Positions 1 to 14,327 of a stretch of 64,000 nucleotides of DNA are shown here, one piece after another (positions within the stretch are counted from its first letter, which is position 1; the number at the start of each line of letters is the position of its first letter). The notes beneath the pieces are model-generated. The model was not told the origin of the DNA. It did no database searches and was given only the letters and a program-made list of their open reading frames with translations. The stretch lies in assembly GCF_009914755.1 (NCBI RefSeq), contig NC_060936.1. One strand, given 5' to 3'. This stretch comes from the human T2T-CHM13v2.0 reference genome, Homo sapiens. Both the position numbers and the translations under genes were made by a program.

Positions 1-1447
1 CAACAGGATAAGTAGAAAGGGTTGTGCTAAAGGTGTGCCGGGAGCCATCTGACTTGTACTGGAGATCCAGTAGCTGAATGTCACTATCAACAGTAGTGAG
101 GGCTCAGAACGCTGAAGCAGGTTTACATGATATATTTTTATTTTATTTTTTTGAGATACCTGGAAATCCACATCTGAGCTCTTGGGATATGCTGTTGCTT
201 TTTGCTTTCAGTAGCTTAAGCAATTCAACTTGGCTTATATGTTTCTCATTTGTAATCTAAAAGTCATGCAGGACTGTGTCCAATAAAGTTTCTCTCATAA
301 ATTCATTTCTGTATCTCTTGATTATTTTCTTTGCCTTTTCCTCTGACTGTGACTTTGGTTGGATTGATTATCTAGCTGCCTAAAATTCAAAGAATTAAAT
401 TTGGGACAGGGCCTAGAACAAAAACCTGTTGGGCTACTTTATTTACTATTGAAAGGAAGAATGACAAATTATCACTCCATTATTGGGCCGGGCTAACAGT
501 GAATAAGGGAAAGAAATCAGAGGCTACTTTACCTTGCACTCATGTCCTACTCACTCTTCTCTCTTCCCCATTATATATTACGTTTTTTTTTCCCCTGGGA
601 TGATATGAGTCCACAAGCTTCATCTGGAAAACCCGCATTTAGTCCCACTTGGTCCACTTATTCATATGGAATAATTCTGATGGCTTAAACTTTTAGTCTT
701 CAAAATTGAAAACCTTGTTGGGATAGTTTTGATTGGCTTAGTTCTTTTGAGTAAAATACTTAGTATCTCAGAATTCTTCTTCCTCTCCTCCAAGATGTCA
801 TCTGAAGGTACAAGAGAAAAGTGTGCCCTTCATGATCTGCATGGTATCCAGTGGCTCATCCTGTTCTCATGACTTTGTCCTTTCCTTTCCGGTTATTGTT
901 CACCTTGCATTTATGATGAAGAACAACAGCTAGTGTAACTCATGATTTGATTTATCTAGGATTGTTCAGGTGTGGTGGCATTCTCTGGCTGATTTTGCTC
1001 TCTGAGTCTCTGTTGTTTCCTAGAGTTGAGACACACCTTCTTGCCATGCGGGGCCCAACCAGACTGTGGGCTTTCAACTTGGTTTCCTCTGATATTGTCT
1101 TGTCATTTCTAGGGTCATTCAAGAGCTTAGGTTGATCTTCAAGATGTCGTTTTCTAGGAAACTCAGCTCATATCTAGCTGCCAGATGGAGGATAAGAGGA
1201 TGGAGAAGACATTCTTATTTGCTCAGTAATCTTGGACAATTTATAGAAATTTTGCAGTGCACTGAATATGGTAATATCTCACAGCCTTGTTAGAATGATT
1301 ATACAATTTCAAATATTTTTTGAGCCTTTAACCTGTCCTGTCTACCTTCTGAAGCTCCCCTCCCCTCACCTTTTCTGAGCTTCCACTTTCTTCCTGCCTC
1401 ATAGACACACAGGATAATTTTCATTAAGGTATTGCGTTTTCCAATGC

Positions 1448-1505
1448 TGTGCTTAGCATAGTTTCTGATATATAGATACTCAGTAAATATTTGTTGAATA
1501 AATGT
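1448..1505 (+). mobile_element. L2 3' end fragment
   Basis: gcttagcatagtttctga...ctcagtaaatatttgttgaataaatg resembles the L2 tail consensus. Confidence 0.55.
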
Positions 1506-1699
1506 TGGATAAACAAGACCTATGAAGTAAATAATTATACTTAGTTTAAAATACTATATAGAAATAAGTATTACTAGTATTTTGTCATATCCTTTCCCTC
1601 AATACCCCTCTCTTTTAAATTATTTTATGACAGTGACATGTAATTAATTTTTCTTATTTTTAAACATCTTACTGTGTCAATAAGCATATATTTTCATAA

Positions 1700-1970
1700 T
1701 GTGTAATGTATAGTATAAACCCAATTTTAATGTCTGCTTATTGTTCCATTGAGTGTGTCTAACATAATTTATTTCATAGTTTTCTTGAATTTGGGGTGTT
1801 TTCTATTTTCCTCTTTTATAAACAGAGCTTCAAAGAATGTCCATGTACATACATACATTAAAAATTATGCTCATTTGCACAATATATTTAAGAAAAATGC
1901 CTAGAATTAGAATTTTTGAGTCAAAGAATGTGCACATTTTTCACTTGGTATATATTTCCAGGTTGTCCTA
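1700..1970 (-). mobile_element. Old L1M (L1ME-like) 3' fragment
   Basis: ttttataaacagagc...cctagaattagaatttttgagtcaaagaatgtgcacatttt is typical of antisense L1ME 3' ends; boundaries approximate. Confidence 0.5.
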
Positions 1971-2051
1971 TGAACTTTGATCTTCAATTTGGAGAAATAT
2001 AAATTTTTGAAAAGAAGCTATAATCTTTGACCCACTAATTGAGAGAATCTA

Positions 2052-2516
<465 letters not shown>

Positions 2517-2611
2517 TTAGATCTGTTAACTCATGGTAATGCCCATGATACTAAGTGAGAAATACCAGTTGCAAAGTAATATGGATAGTATGGTTCTTTT
2601 TTTGTAAAAAC

Positions 2612-2614
<3 letters not shown>

Positions 2615-2657
<43 letters not shown>
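2615..2657. repeat. (CA)n microsatellite, about 21 units
   Basis: Direct reading. Confidence 0.98.
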
Positions 2658-2661
<4 letters not shown>

Positions 2662-2847
2662 GAATAATACTTTATATATGTTTATGATTTGTTTGAATGT
2701 ACAGGAAGCTGTGAAAGGATACACTCAAGTTCTTAAAACTGTATCTTAGTGTGTGCATGTATATCTTAGGATTGTTTCACGTTTTACAATGAAAAAGTTT
2801 TGCTTTTGTAAGAAAAAGTAAATAAGGAAGACAAAGAAAAAATCAGG

Positions 2848-2907
2848 GCCTTAACAAACCACTCTGACTTTTCTGCAGCCTTAACAAACCACTCTGACTT
2901 TTCTGCA
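2848..2907. repeat. Perfect 30-bp tandem duplication
   Basis: gccttaacaaaccactctgacttttctgca twice. Confidence 0.98.
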
Positions 2908-4837
2908 AACTGTGCTTTCAAACTAGACAGCTTCCTGTAGTTCTCGGAGGAATTTCAGGGCTTTAAAGAGTGTGTCCTGAAGTCAGGATCACTTTTATAG
3001 TTAGCTTAATTGGTATATTATTTTACACAAGATAACAGCTAAACTGTTGCGATTTCTCAAGTCATTGATGTTCTCAGAGGTAATCATCCTCAGAAAGGCT
3101 GCTGAAAATATGGTCAGCTTACATCCTGGTCTGGTTCATGTCAAACAACCAATTTTTTTAGAAGAGGAAATAGAGGATGAAATAGCAAAAATGTTTCAAT
3201 TTAAGAAATTGTTTTCAGAAATAATCTATACTTTTCTATTGATAAGAGGAAGGAACAATTTTTGTTACAGCTAAAAATATAGAATAAAATAAGGTGACAA
3301 CAATAGGTTGTAGCTAAATGCATGCTTTTATTAACTCACTAGATGTATGCTGTGATTTTGATTAAAATTTTGTCTTTCTGAAGGAGAGAAGTAAATATTA
3401 AAAAGGAAAAACCTTGGTATGTCTTAGAAAATTTTAAGCCTAGTAGCACTATGTAAAATCATTTTAAAATGAGAAAGTTTAGAAACTTGGAGAACAAAAG
3501 TGAAATAAAAACTTTATTTGGAAAAGTAAAATTGGTTATTGCTCATGGAAAAAATCTTGATCATTCAATGTCTGTGAACAGAGATGTTGACACAGTGAAT
3601 TAAATATGGCAGGTGACCATTCATAAATGTGTACCAATGATATATTGAAAATATCTAGTGAAAGAAGTTCCTGGAATACTGTATTTATACTTGATTAGCC
3701 AGTAATACTTGCGTTAAATGATAAATGCTAGTCATAAATGCTGATGAATGAATAAGTTTGTCAAGCATGATCAGATCAGGGATCTGAAAACCCTGTATGT
3801 TAATATTATTTTTAATATAGGTAGATAATGGATACACGTATGAACAGTTTTATCAAAGGATATACTGAAATTGTTCTATTCCTGTGCGAGCCTCAGAATT
3901 CAAAATCAAACTATAATTTTGACATAGATCATAAATAAGTGATAATAAGTTAATGAATAAGGCAGATTTTATTTTATGTTTGCTAAAACTTTATCATCAA
4001 AACAGTTTAAAGCATTGTATTCAATGTCAATGAAATTAAATACTAAAATAGAAACAAAAGTTTCCATGGGGGTCATTGGTGACTACTGTATATTTCAGTG
4101 TATAATTGCATATGCAACTCCATTGCTCCCTGTTGGTGAGGTCAGTGTGAGTGCCATATCACTCTGAAGCAAACTTATATGTCTTCTCAGTGCAGGCCTC
4201 AAAGTAGTATGCAAATATATTTTGCTATTGGATGAGATTAAGTGTATCAATGCGTATAGCTAACCAGTAGAGGTACAAGTTGTGCCTCCTCCTAATTCTG
4301 GGTCTAATGAGGGCTATGTCATCTCCATAGTTTGATTCTAAACCATCCTACTGTGCCTGCTTGCTGTATTTTTGGAGAGCCCCAACTCCTTTCTACGTAT
4401 TTCATCAATGTACATTGTATCAGCATGCATAGTTTGAAACACTAATTTATTCAAGTTTATCTAATTCAACTAACTGTTAATTTGTTTCTGCTGCCTTTGG
4501 AGTAATCTATCTCCAGGCCTTCCTGTGTTATCTTGAATAATTGAGAGTGTACTCGTAGAAAGAGCCACATTGCTGCAGAAGGTGCTGCTAAGCCTCCAAG
4601 AGGTTCCCTTCACTTGAGCAAGATTGAAAGTGATTCCAGCTGGCTAGAAAAAAATTACATGAAGGCTGTAATAGACCTTTAGGAAGGAAATCTGTTTCTA
4701 CGAAGACAGAAGAATAATTCATTTGTAAGGAATATAAATTAAAGCTTTCTTCAAGTCATTGGAGTGTCTCTAATATTTTTCAGGTAGCATTTTTCATACT
4801 TCCCTATTTCATCAACTTTTAGTACAAAATTTTCCAA

Positions 4838-4925
4838 GCTTTAGTTTTCTCATTTATAAAATAAAGTAATAATGCCTGTCCTCAATTCTACGAATTTATG
4901 AAGATCAAATAGGAGGATGTAAAGG
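4838..4925 (+). mobile_element. MIR fragment
   Basis: ttagttttctcatttataaaataaagtaataatgcctgtcctc resembles the MIR core. Confidence 0.55.
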
Positions 4926-6233
4926 CTCCTATAAATTATAAATTTACCCACTATCGTAAGGCATTGTTTTCTTTATCAGGGTGGCTTTTGCTTTTTTATT
5001 ACTTTTCATAACTACTTGCACTATATACTGTTATTTGAATACAATAACATAAAACCAACCATGTTACATGGTTACATAACTTTTTTAAAAAAATTTCTTT
5101 CTAACTTCAATTTTTATTCCTTTTTTTTTTCCTGTGCAGAAAGAAAAATCAGCCTGTCAGCTACTCATGTCTAATTTCAAAATTATCTTGCAGAATTAAG
5201 CAGTTAAGACTTTGTAGAAATTTGGGGAGTATAAGGAATTGCAGATGAATGCCAGCTCCTCCTGGGCATACTGTTGTTCTTAATGTAAAAGTCCGGTTTT
5301 GCCCAGCATCAATTAATGGTGCCTTGGAACTGGGTGCAGGGGTCCCTAAAGATCTCCTGCAGGCTGAGACAGTCTCCCTTGAGCCATTTTCCACAGAGCC
5401 AGAGTGGTGTGACCTCTTGCTGCTGCAGTATTTCAAAGTGATTGTATTTCACTGCTCTCATAAACACATCTTGTAAAAGAAACAAGGTTGTCTTTTAAAC
5501 TGTGCTCTTGCTTGACAGGAAAAATAAAACCCAGTCTACTTTCAGGACCTTATGGCCTAATAAGAAGTCAACCCTTTTCATTTTTGTTAAGAATACTTTT
5601 GTATCAACTTGCCATTCTTCAAGTAAAAGTATAATTTATTATGAAAGAAGAGAATCTGGATGATAAATAGGACTTTTATGTTCTTGTTACCTGTGATTCA
5701 GAAAATTCTAACTCACAGAGCTGGTTGAATAGAGAATTCTAAAACCGACAACAAGGAGATGCTTGTTAAATCTACTTTTTAATGCTTGTTTATTTTATTA
5801 TACACATGACATGTACTATTCACTGTTCATCTTATGTATATGGGAACTTGCAATTTTTGGTCTATTATACATGCCTATATATTTTATGTTTGGTGCTATC
5901 AGGAACATAGATATTATTAAACAAGGCTAGGATTTATTTTACTTTACTTTATATTTGTAGGTTATTATGCAGTCCAAAGATTACAGAGATGAAGGGAAAT
6001 TAGACCAATTATTTTCATATGATATTTAGAGAAAAGCATTTGTGCATTCCTTTGTGTCAGTAAGCATAAGAACTCTCTGTCACCCAGGCTGGAGTGCAGT
6101 GAATACAAAGAAAATGTAAGATATTTTACTAATACTTTTTATATTGATTATGTGTTGACATGATAATATTTTAGATATATTTGATTAGGTAAAATAGGAA
6201 ATTAAAATCAATTTCACTCTTGAAAGACTTTAA

Positions 6234-7207
<974 letters not shown>

Positions 7208-7485
7208 AGAAATATTATGTTTATATCCTTTATCCTTCTTTACCAAATTACCTCACTTTACCCCATATTTTGAGGACAGTTTAAAGAGGTCTGCACATTC
7301 TGCAAGCACTACTTTCTGTTGTCTCACATCAAAAATTTCATTAGAAGTACCTGAAGAGTTTGCTCTTCTCTAAGAGGTTTCATCTATAAAAAGTTGATTT
7401 TAAATTCACTTTAGGTCAATGAGCATAAATGTTGTGGAGTTTAGCTGTGCATGTATGGAAAGGAGGCTTTCTTCCTTGGGCAAGG

Positions 7486-7499
7486 GCACCTTCTGGTGG
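7486..7499 (-). promoter_or_regulatory. Candidate CTCF motif
   Basis: Reverse complement CCACCAGAAGGTGC resembles CCASYAGRKGGCRS. Confidence 0.35.
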
Positions 7500-8585
7500 T
7501 ATATACTGAACATAGCAGCTTATTCGATGATCAGATGTAGACTTTAAGATTCTGGAATTGGCAAAAAAATTCATTTCAGGTGTTTGGAGGAAAAAAACTA
7601 AGATTAACGATAAAGATGTTCATTTCTCTGCAGCATCTTTTATAATTGAAGCTCATCTCAGTTCTGGGACTTATTTTTCTTAGTTACACAAGGCTAAGGT
7701 TGAGACAATATAATAAGAGCATTCTGATTTGGAGTGCTTTTTAAAATTGCAAAGTTCTTATTTGAGTTTTTGGGTTATTTTTCCCAAAAGTTTCCAATGG
7801 TGGTTTTTGTATCCATTATAAAAAGGAGAAGAGTTCTATATTTTTGTTCTTTATAATGTAAAACTTGAGGATGTTTAGGTTATTTAGTATATACAAGTAA
7901 GCTTCATTAGATAAATGAGGAAGAAGAGGTATAATAAATAAGCCCTATTACATTTTCTCAAGAAGTGATTTTAGTTATTTTGGAGACATGCATTTAAAAA
8001 GAGAAACATTGTTGAAAGGCTCAGGATCATGTATTTCTTGTCTTTTTCTGTTTCTTCTTGATGTATTATAGTACATATGATTATTCAAGTCATATCTCTT
8101 CATCACCGCATTTCATATACAAAGCCTGCCAAAAATAACTATGAAATAGCTGAGATCTTAAATACTGAGAACAAAATAGATTTCTCATAATTTGGAATTA
8201 CATTAACCAGAAACAGTAAGACAGTTAAAATATGAGCCAACATCCAGCTATCAGCTAAATAAAGATTTCCAAAACCACTTATTGCCTTTCAGGCTGATGT
8301 AAGAATAGTTATGAGTGGTTATAAGGGAATGAATCAGTTGGATTTCCTTTTAATGTAGAGACCCTGGCAGCCCATTTCTAAAATTGTGCTTTAGTTATGC
8401 ATATTACCTTCTTTGGAACCTAGTAAAAATGTGAAAAACGTTCAGATGATGAAAACATAACACAAATACCATTCTTTCTTTGTATGAAAGACAAAAAAAA
8501 AAACAAAAAACAAAAAAAAACCCCAAACAAGGATCTAGCCAAGCAACTCTATTCTAAGGGAGGAAATATAGTAAGAGTGGCCTGT

Positions 8586-8893
8586 AGCCAGGCATAGTGG
8601 CTCATGCCTATAATCTCAACACTTTGGGAGGCTGAGGTCAGAGGATTGCTTGAGCCCAAGAGTATGAGACCAGCCTTGGCAACATGGCAAAACCCTGACT
8701 CTACAAGAAATACAAAAATTAGCTGGGCGTGATGGCTCACGCCTGTAGTCCAGCTACTCAGGAAGCTGAGGTGAGAGGCTCTCTTGGGCACAGAAGGTCA
8801 AGGCTGCAGTGAGCCATGATCACACCACTGCACTCCAGCCTGGGCAACAGAGTGATACCATCTCAAAAAAAAAAAAAAAAGAAAGAAAGAAAG
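8586..8893 (+). mobile_element. AluJ
   Basis: gaggattgcttgagccc and ggtcaaggctgcagtgagccatgat J diagnostics; A tail then (GAAA)n. Confidence 0.92.
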
Positions 8894-9392
8894 ATTGTAT
8901 TACTCTATTAGTGAAAGGAGCCAAAATTTACCCATATTGATAGCAGAGAGCTGAAATGACTATTTTACTTGTATGAAAATATTGTCTTTGCTTATTAATT
9001 AAAATGCTTTCATGAGTTGATATGTGGTAATATACTTTTAGATCAGTATATGAAATAGTATATATTATTATATTGTATTATTTATTAGGTAAATCTCAAT
9101 GGAATAAAAAAATTCATTCAAACTCATTTTCCCAAAAAGGCTATTTTTAGATTTATAGTATTTGTTTTAGTGATAACTTCTGTTCAGTTCTCTCTAGCAT
9201 TTCCAGAAATCTATGCTTGTTTCATGGCCTCCAGTAAAGGCTTCTGTTGATGAGGGGGTTTTGATCCCATGTCTGTCCAAAAAAGACAATTGGCTTTTCT
9301 TGGTAGGGAAGGATTCATTTAAGTGGAATCTTCCAAGCAACTGTCTCTACCATCTTCCATATTCTTGCTCCACTCTTACTGTTTTGTTTGCC

Positions 9393-9831
9393 TGTCATGG
9401 AGTCCTAATTAGGGAAAAAGTCTCAGGCTGGTGGGAACAGGGGAAAGCCAAAAGAAAAAGCAGATAAGCTAAGTCTGCCTTTCTTCCTGGTCCAGGACAT
9501 GTAGCCCTCCTGCACAAATAACTCACAATCTTCCTGCATTCAACTTACCACCAGACCCTACAAGTTAGCACACTGCATTCTTGGCATTATCAGTACTGCA
9601 CAAAGCTCTCTTCAGCACACAGCACAAGCACCATCCTATAAAATCCCCAGCAAGCCTTTGTCTCCTTGCAGTCAGCTCCACTCTTGCTGACTTGCCCATG
9701 ACACGCTCGCAACGTATTTTCATACTTTCTGCTTTCTCTAATAAATCTGCTTTTCTTTACTTACTAATGTCTTGGTAAATTATTCTAACTGCCTGCGCAA
9801 TACAGGCCCCAGATAGTCGCTACCCGAGACA
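9393..9831 (+). mobile_element. ERV1-type solo LTR (family uncertain)
   Basis: About 440 bp ending in CA; TATAAAA 9637-9643; AATAAA 9740-9745; possible TSD cctgt/cctat; ggagtcctaattagggaaaa start recalled from an ERV1 LTR consensus. Confidence 0.75.
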
Positions 9832-10377
9832 CCTATCCCATCCCATTTATGAAAGTGAGGCAGCAAGCCAATAAACACTTCATGGATTCGTAGCAATCAC
9901 AGTCTCTTGAGAGCAGGATGTCCACCTGACCTCTTTTGGTGTGAACAATTCAGCTTTGTGTGTATTGGTCCTAGTCAGGGCGGGCTGTGTAAGGACACTG
10001 TTTTGAGATCAGCATGCCCTGTGCCTGTGTAGGCTTGTTGTCAACATGTGAGTGCTTCAAAGAGAATAGAGTACAGCTTCCCTCCTGACTTGTTCTCTTG
10101 CTTTCATAGAGATTTAAGGGCCTCCCCTATTTTCTTTTCCTTTTCTTTTTTTTTTTTTTTTTTGATATCCAGATACAGTTTATTTTCATGAGAAAGAACT
10201 TTTTTTTAAAAAAACAAATGTGAATTCATTGTAAAACATTAGGGAAACGCAGCCAAGAGGGAAAAAAAGAACAGTATCTATAATTTACCATTTTGAGATG
10301 ACTACTGTTAATACTTTTGGGAGTTTTCTTTTTAGGCATAAATATATACTTTATTTTTTTTTTAATAAAGAAGATTT

Positions 10378-10412
10378 ATTACTTTTTGGCTTTTTGGCTA
10401 AGACCAAGTGTA
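10378..10412 (+). pseudogene. 3'-truncated U2 snRNA retropseudogene (U2 nt 1-35)
   Basis: ATTACTTTTTGGCTTTTTGGCTAAGACCAAGTGTA vs U2 ATCGCTTCTCGGCCTTTTGGCTAAGATCAAGTGTA (29/35); flanked by 14-bp direct repeats with 2 mismatches. Confidence 0.85.
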
Positions 10413-10479
10413 AATAAAAAAGCTTTAACCTTAGCGTGTGAGACAAATATGTATACAATAAATTTCACCACAATATGGT

Positions 10480-11320
10480 AGAAGCAGTAATACAGATATG
10501 CACAGGAAGCTCTCAGAATACAGAAGACAGACATTTAGTTCAACCAGAGGTAACCAGTGAAGGCTTCCTGGAGATGGTTACACAAGAGATTAATTTGAAA
10601 GAATAGGTAGAAGTTAGCTAAGTACGGACAAGAGAATAAGCATTCCAGGTATGAGACATTTTACTATGAAACAGTATGTTGAGCACAGATAATTACAACT
10701 AATGAGATATTTCCAGAATATTGAGCATAAGTTGGGATAGAGATAAAGGCAGTCAGCATGACATGGGGGAACCTTGTGTATCATATTATCTATCCCATAT
10801 TCTATAGAGAGGCATTAAAAGATCTTAAGCAGTAGAGTAATAATTTAGATAGATGGTATAGATCACTTTGGCAGCAGAAAGAAGGATTAATGGTGGAAAA
10901 TCCTGGAGACAAGATTACAAGAAAACATCTAAGGAGGTAAAGAGAGAGGAGAACAGGAACTAAGGAATATAAGGGACATATAGAGGGCGGTGTACCTGCA
11001 AAGAAGAGGAAGAAGAATTGCTAGAGATGGAGGAAATATCTAAGAGAGTATGGTGTCATAGGCATCAAGACAAGAGAGTATTTCAACAACAACAACAACA
11101 AAATGGTCAAGTAGGGAAGGACTGGGATGTTTCACTTAGATTTGTATGTAGATCACTTAAGATTTTATAAAAGATATTTCAGTGGAGTGGGGATAGAAGT
11201 CAGATTGCAGTTGGTTCAGGAGTAAATAGTACTTAGGCAAATTCAAACAGCTTGCATAGCTTAAAAAATTGGGCTTTGAAGGTGAGGAAAGAGACAGCAA
11301 TAATTTGAGGGGGACATAGG
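10480..11320 (-). mobile_element. L2 fragments
   Basis: gaaggcttcctggagatgg..., gcattccagg, ggagtggggatagaagtcagattgcag are antisense L2 motifs; boundaries approximate. Confidence 0.6.
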
Positions 11321-11354
11321 TTTGAGAAATGTTTTTTTTCTGGCGAGGTAGCCA

Positions 11355-11575
11355 TTTCTTTTTTTTAACTTTTAAGTTCAGGGGTACACGTGCAGGATGT
11401 GCAGGTTTGCTACATAGGTAAATGTGTGTCAAGGGGGTTTATTGTACACGTTATTTCATTAGTCAGGTATTAAGCCTAGTACCCATTAATTATTTTTCGT
11501 GATCCTTTCTGTCCTCCCACCCTCCATCCCCAGAAAGGCCCCAGTGTGAATTGTTCCGCTCTATGTGTCCGTGGG
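11355..11575 (-). mobile_element. L1PA13-16-type 3' end fragment
   Basis: ttttaagttcaggggtacacgtgcaggatgtgcaggtttg...caggtattaagcctagtaccc. Confidence 0.85.
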
Positions 11576-11589
11576 CCTCACCTATTTTC

Positions 11590-11882
11590 TCTTTTTTTGG
11601 AGACAGAGTCTCTCTCTCTTGTCTAGACTGGTGTGCTGTGGCGTGATCTCGGTTCACTGCAACTTCTGCCTCCTGGGTTCAAGCAATTCTCATGCCTCAG
11701 CCTCTGGAGTAGCTGGGACTACAGGCACATGCCACGACACCCAGCTAATTTTTATATGTTTCTGTAGAGATGGGGTTTTACCATGTTGGTGAGGCTGGTC
11801 TCGAGCTCCTGACCTCAAGTGACCCGCCCGCCTAGGCCTCCCAAACTGCTGGGATTACAGGTGTGTGCCACCGTGCCTGGCC
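11590..11882 (-). mobile_element. AluS/J
   Basis: Antisense dimeric Alu; TSD tgggcctcac(c/t)tattttc on both sides. Confidence 0.93.
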
Positions 11883-12471
11883 TGGGCCTCACTTATTTTC
11901 AGTGAGGGGTTGGGTGGCTGCACCTGCTGTCATTTTTACCTAAAGCAAGAAGCAGAAGTACTGCCTGGGACAAAGCTAGAATCCAGTGCTCAGGAAGTTT
12001 CCTAGGATAAAATGTTATTGAGAATCTTATAAATAGCTATTCCCTGGGGAGAGTAATGATTAATGCCAGTTAAAAGTGAAGAAGGTACTTCTCTTCCTGC
12101 TGTTTTGTGCAATGTACACAAAACTGAGTAAAACAAATTATTGTAGGTTGTTGAAATAGCATCATGAAAAATTAAACAGTTGGAAGACAACTATTGTGGC
12201 ATATATAGGGGCTTTTACAAGAAACTAAACTAAGGATGTTCTTTAAAATGTGGAACTGGAGTCTACTTAGGGTTTAGTCTGGTTTGTGACCATGCCCTTC
12301 AGCCAGTGCAGACATTTGATCTCAGGACAGGTGCCCCTGCTGCAGAAGACCGCCAGCACCCTGACTCCAACAGCTCTGACGCATCTCACTGCCAAGGCCT
12401 GGATGGAAAAAAATTCAGCAGAAGTTACACTTATGACGGCAGAAAGTTCAGCAGAAGTTATACTTATTTAG

Positions 12472-12614
12472 GATCAGATAGAGGGCTGGGGTAGCTTCAA
12501 TAGCCAGACAAGGACCAATCTACTCAAGAACAACAGTGATGAGAAGACAGATTTTATGGACTGGGTGTGGAAGGAAAGGGGCTGTGGCTGTAAGAGTAAA
12601 TTATGTGGCTGCAG
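12472..12614 (+). other. Candidate spliced exon
   Basis: ttatttag acceptor, CAG|GTGAGA donor, stop-free frame DQIEGWGSF...GCGCKSKLCGC; no repeat recognised. Confidence 0.3.
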
Positions 12615-12814
12615 GTGAGACCATTTGTTTGTTTCATAGTGAGGATCAAAATAGCAGTTACAGATCCCTTCTTTCTGTGCTATGCTGTGGAAGCTAAGAT
12701 GGCTCTATGTGTTTTTGTATAGCTGGTGTGCCAAAGTTAGCCTCTATTTGGGGCAAATCTGTAGAAGAGAAGTAAAGCAAAAGAGATTCTATAGTATAAT
12801 ACAAAAGTCTAGGT

Positions 12815-13025
12815 GCAGAAAAACTAAGTTCAGATGTTGGTTGTGCCACTTACTAGATGTGTAACCTTAAATAATTTACTTTCTCCGAACATCACCAGTT
12901 TCATATCTGAGAGATAGGCATAATACCTACCTCACAGTATTGTTTCAAGGATTAAAGAAAATACAAAATGCCAAACCCTCCACATTGTACTTCATATATT
13001 CTAAAGGCTCAGTAAAGACTAATTT
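12815..13025 (+). mobile_element. MIR
   Basis: gccacttactagatgtgtaacctt...ataatacctacctcacagtattg. Confidence 0.7.
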
Positions 13026-13166
13026 ACTATTCTGTATGTGATTCTATGTAGTATGAATAATCCTTTCCCATATCTTATTGATCAGATATGCCATCCGTTA
13101 GCCATACAACTATTTTATAATTATGTGCTCTTTGTTAGTAGGGGTTTGCATCATCAGTGCGAATGA

Positions 13167-13680
<514 letters not shown>

Positions 13681-13685
13681 TTGAT

Positions 13686-14327
<642 letters not shown>

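Noticed and set aside
160-256. Minus-strand 97-nt segment with AG and GT ends and faint homeobox-like wording
   Set aside because: Weak donor (gtatct), no true homeodomain residues in frame, and an open frame of this length is expected by chance
12577-12614. GCGCKSKLCGCR resembles the KIF4 cysteine-rich motif
   Set aside because: Cys spacing differs and the upstream sequence has no KIF4 similarity; no gene assignment is justified
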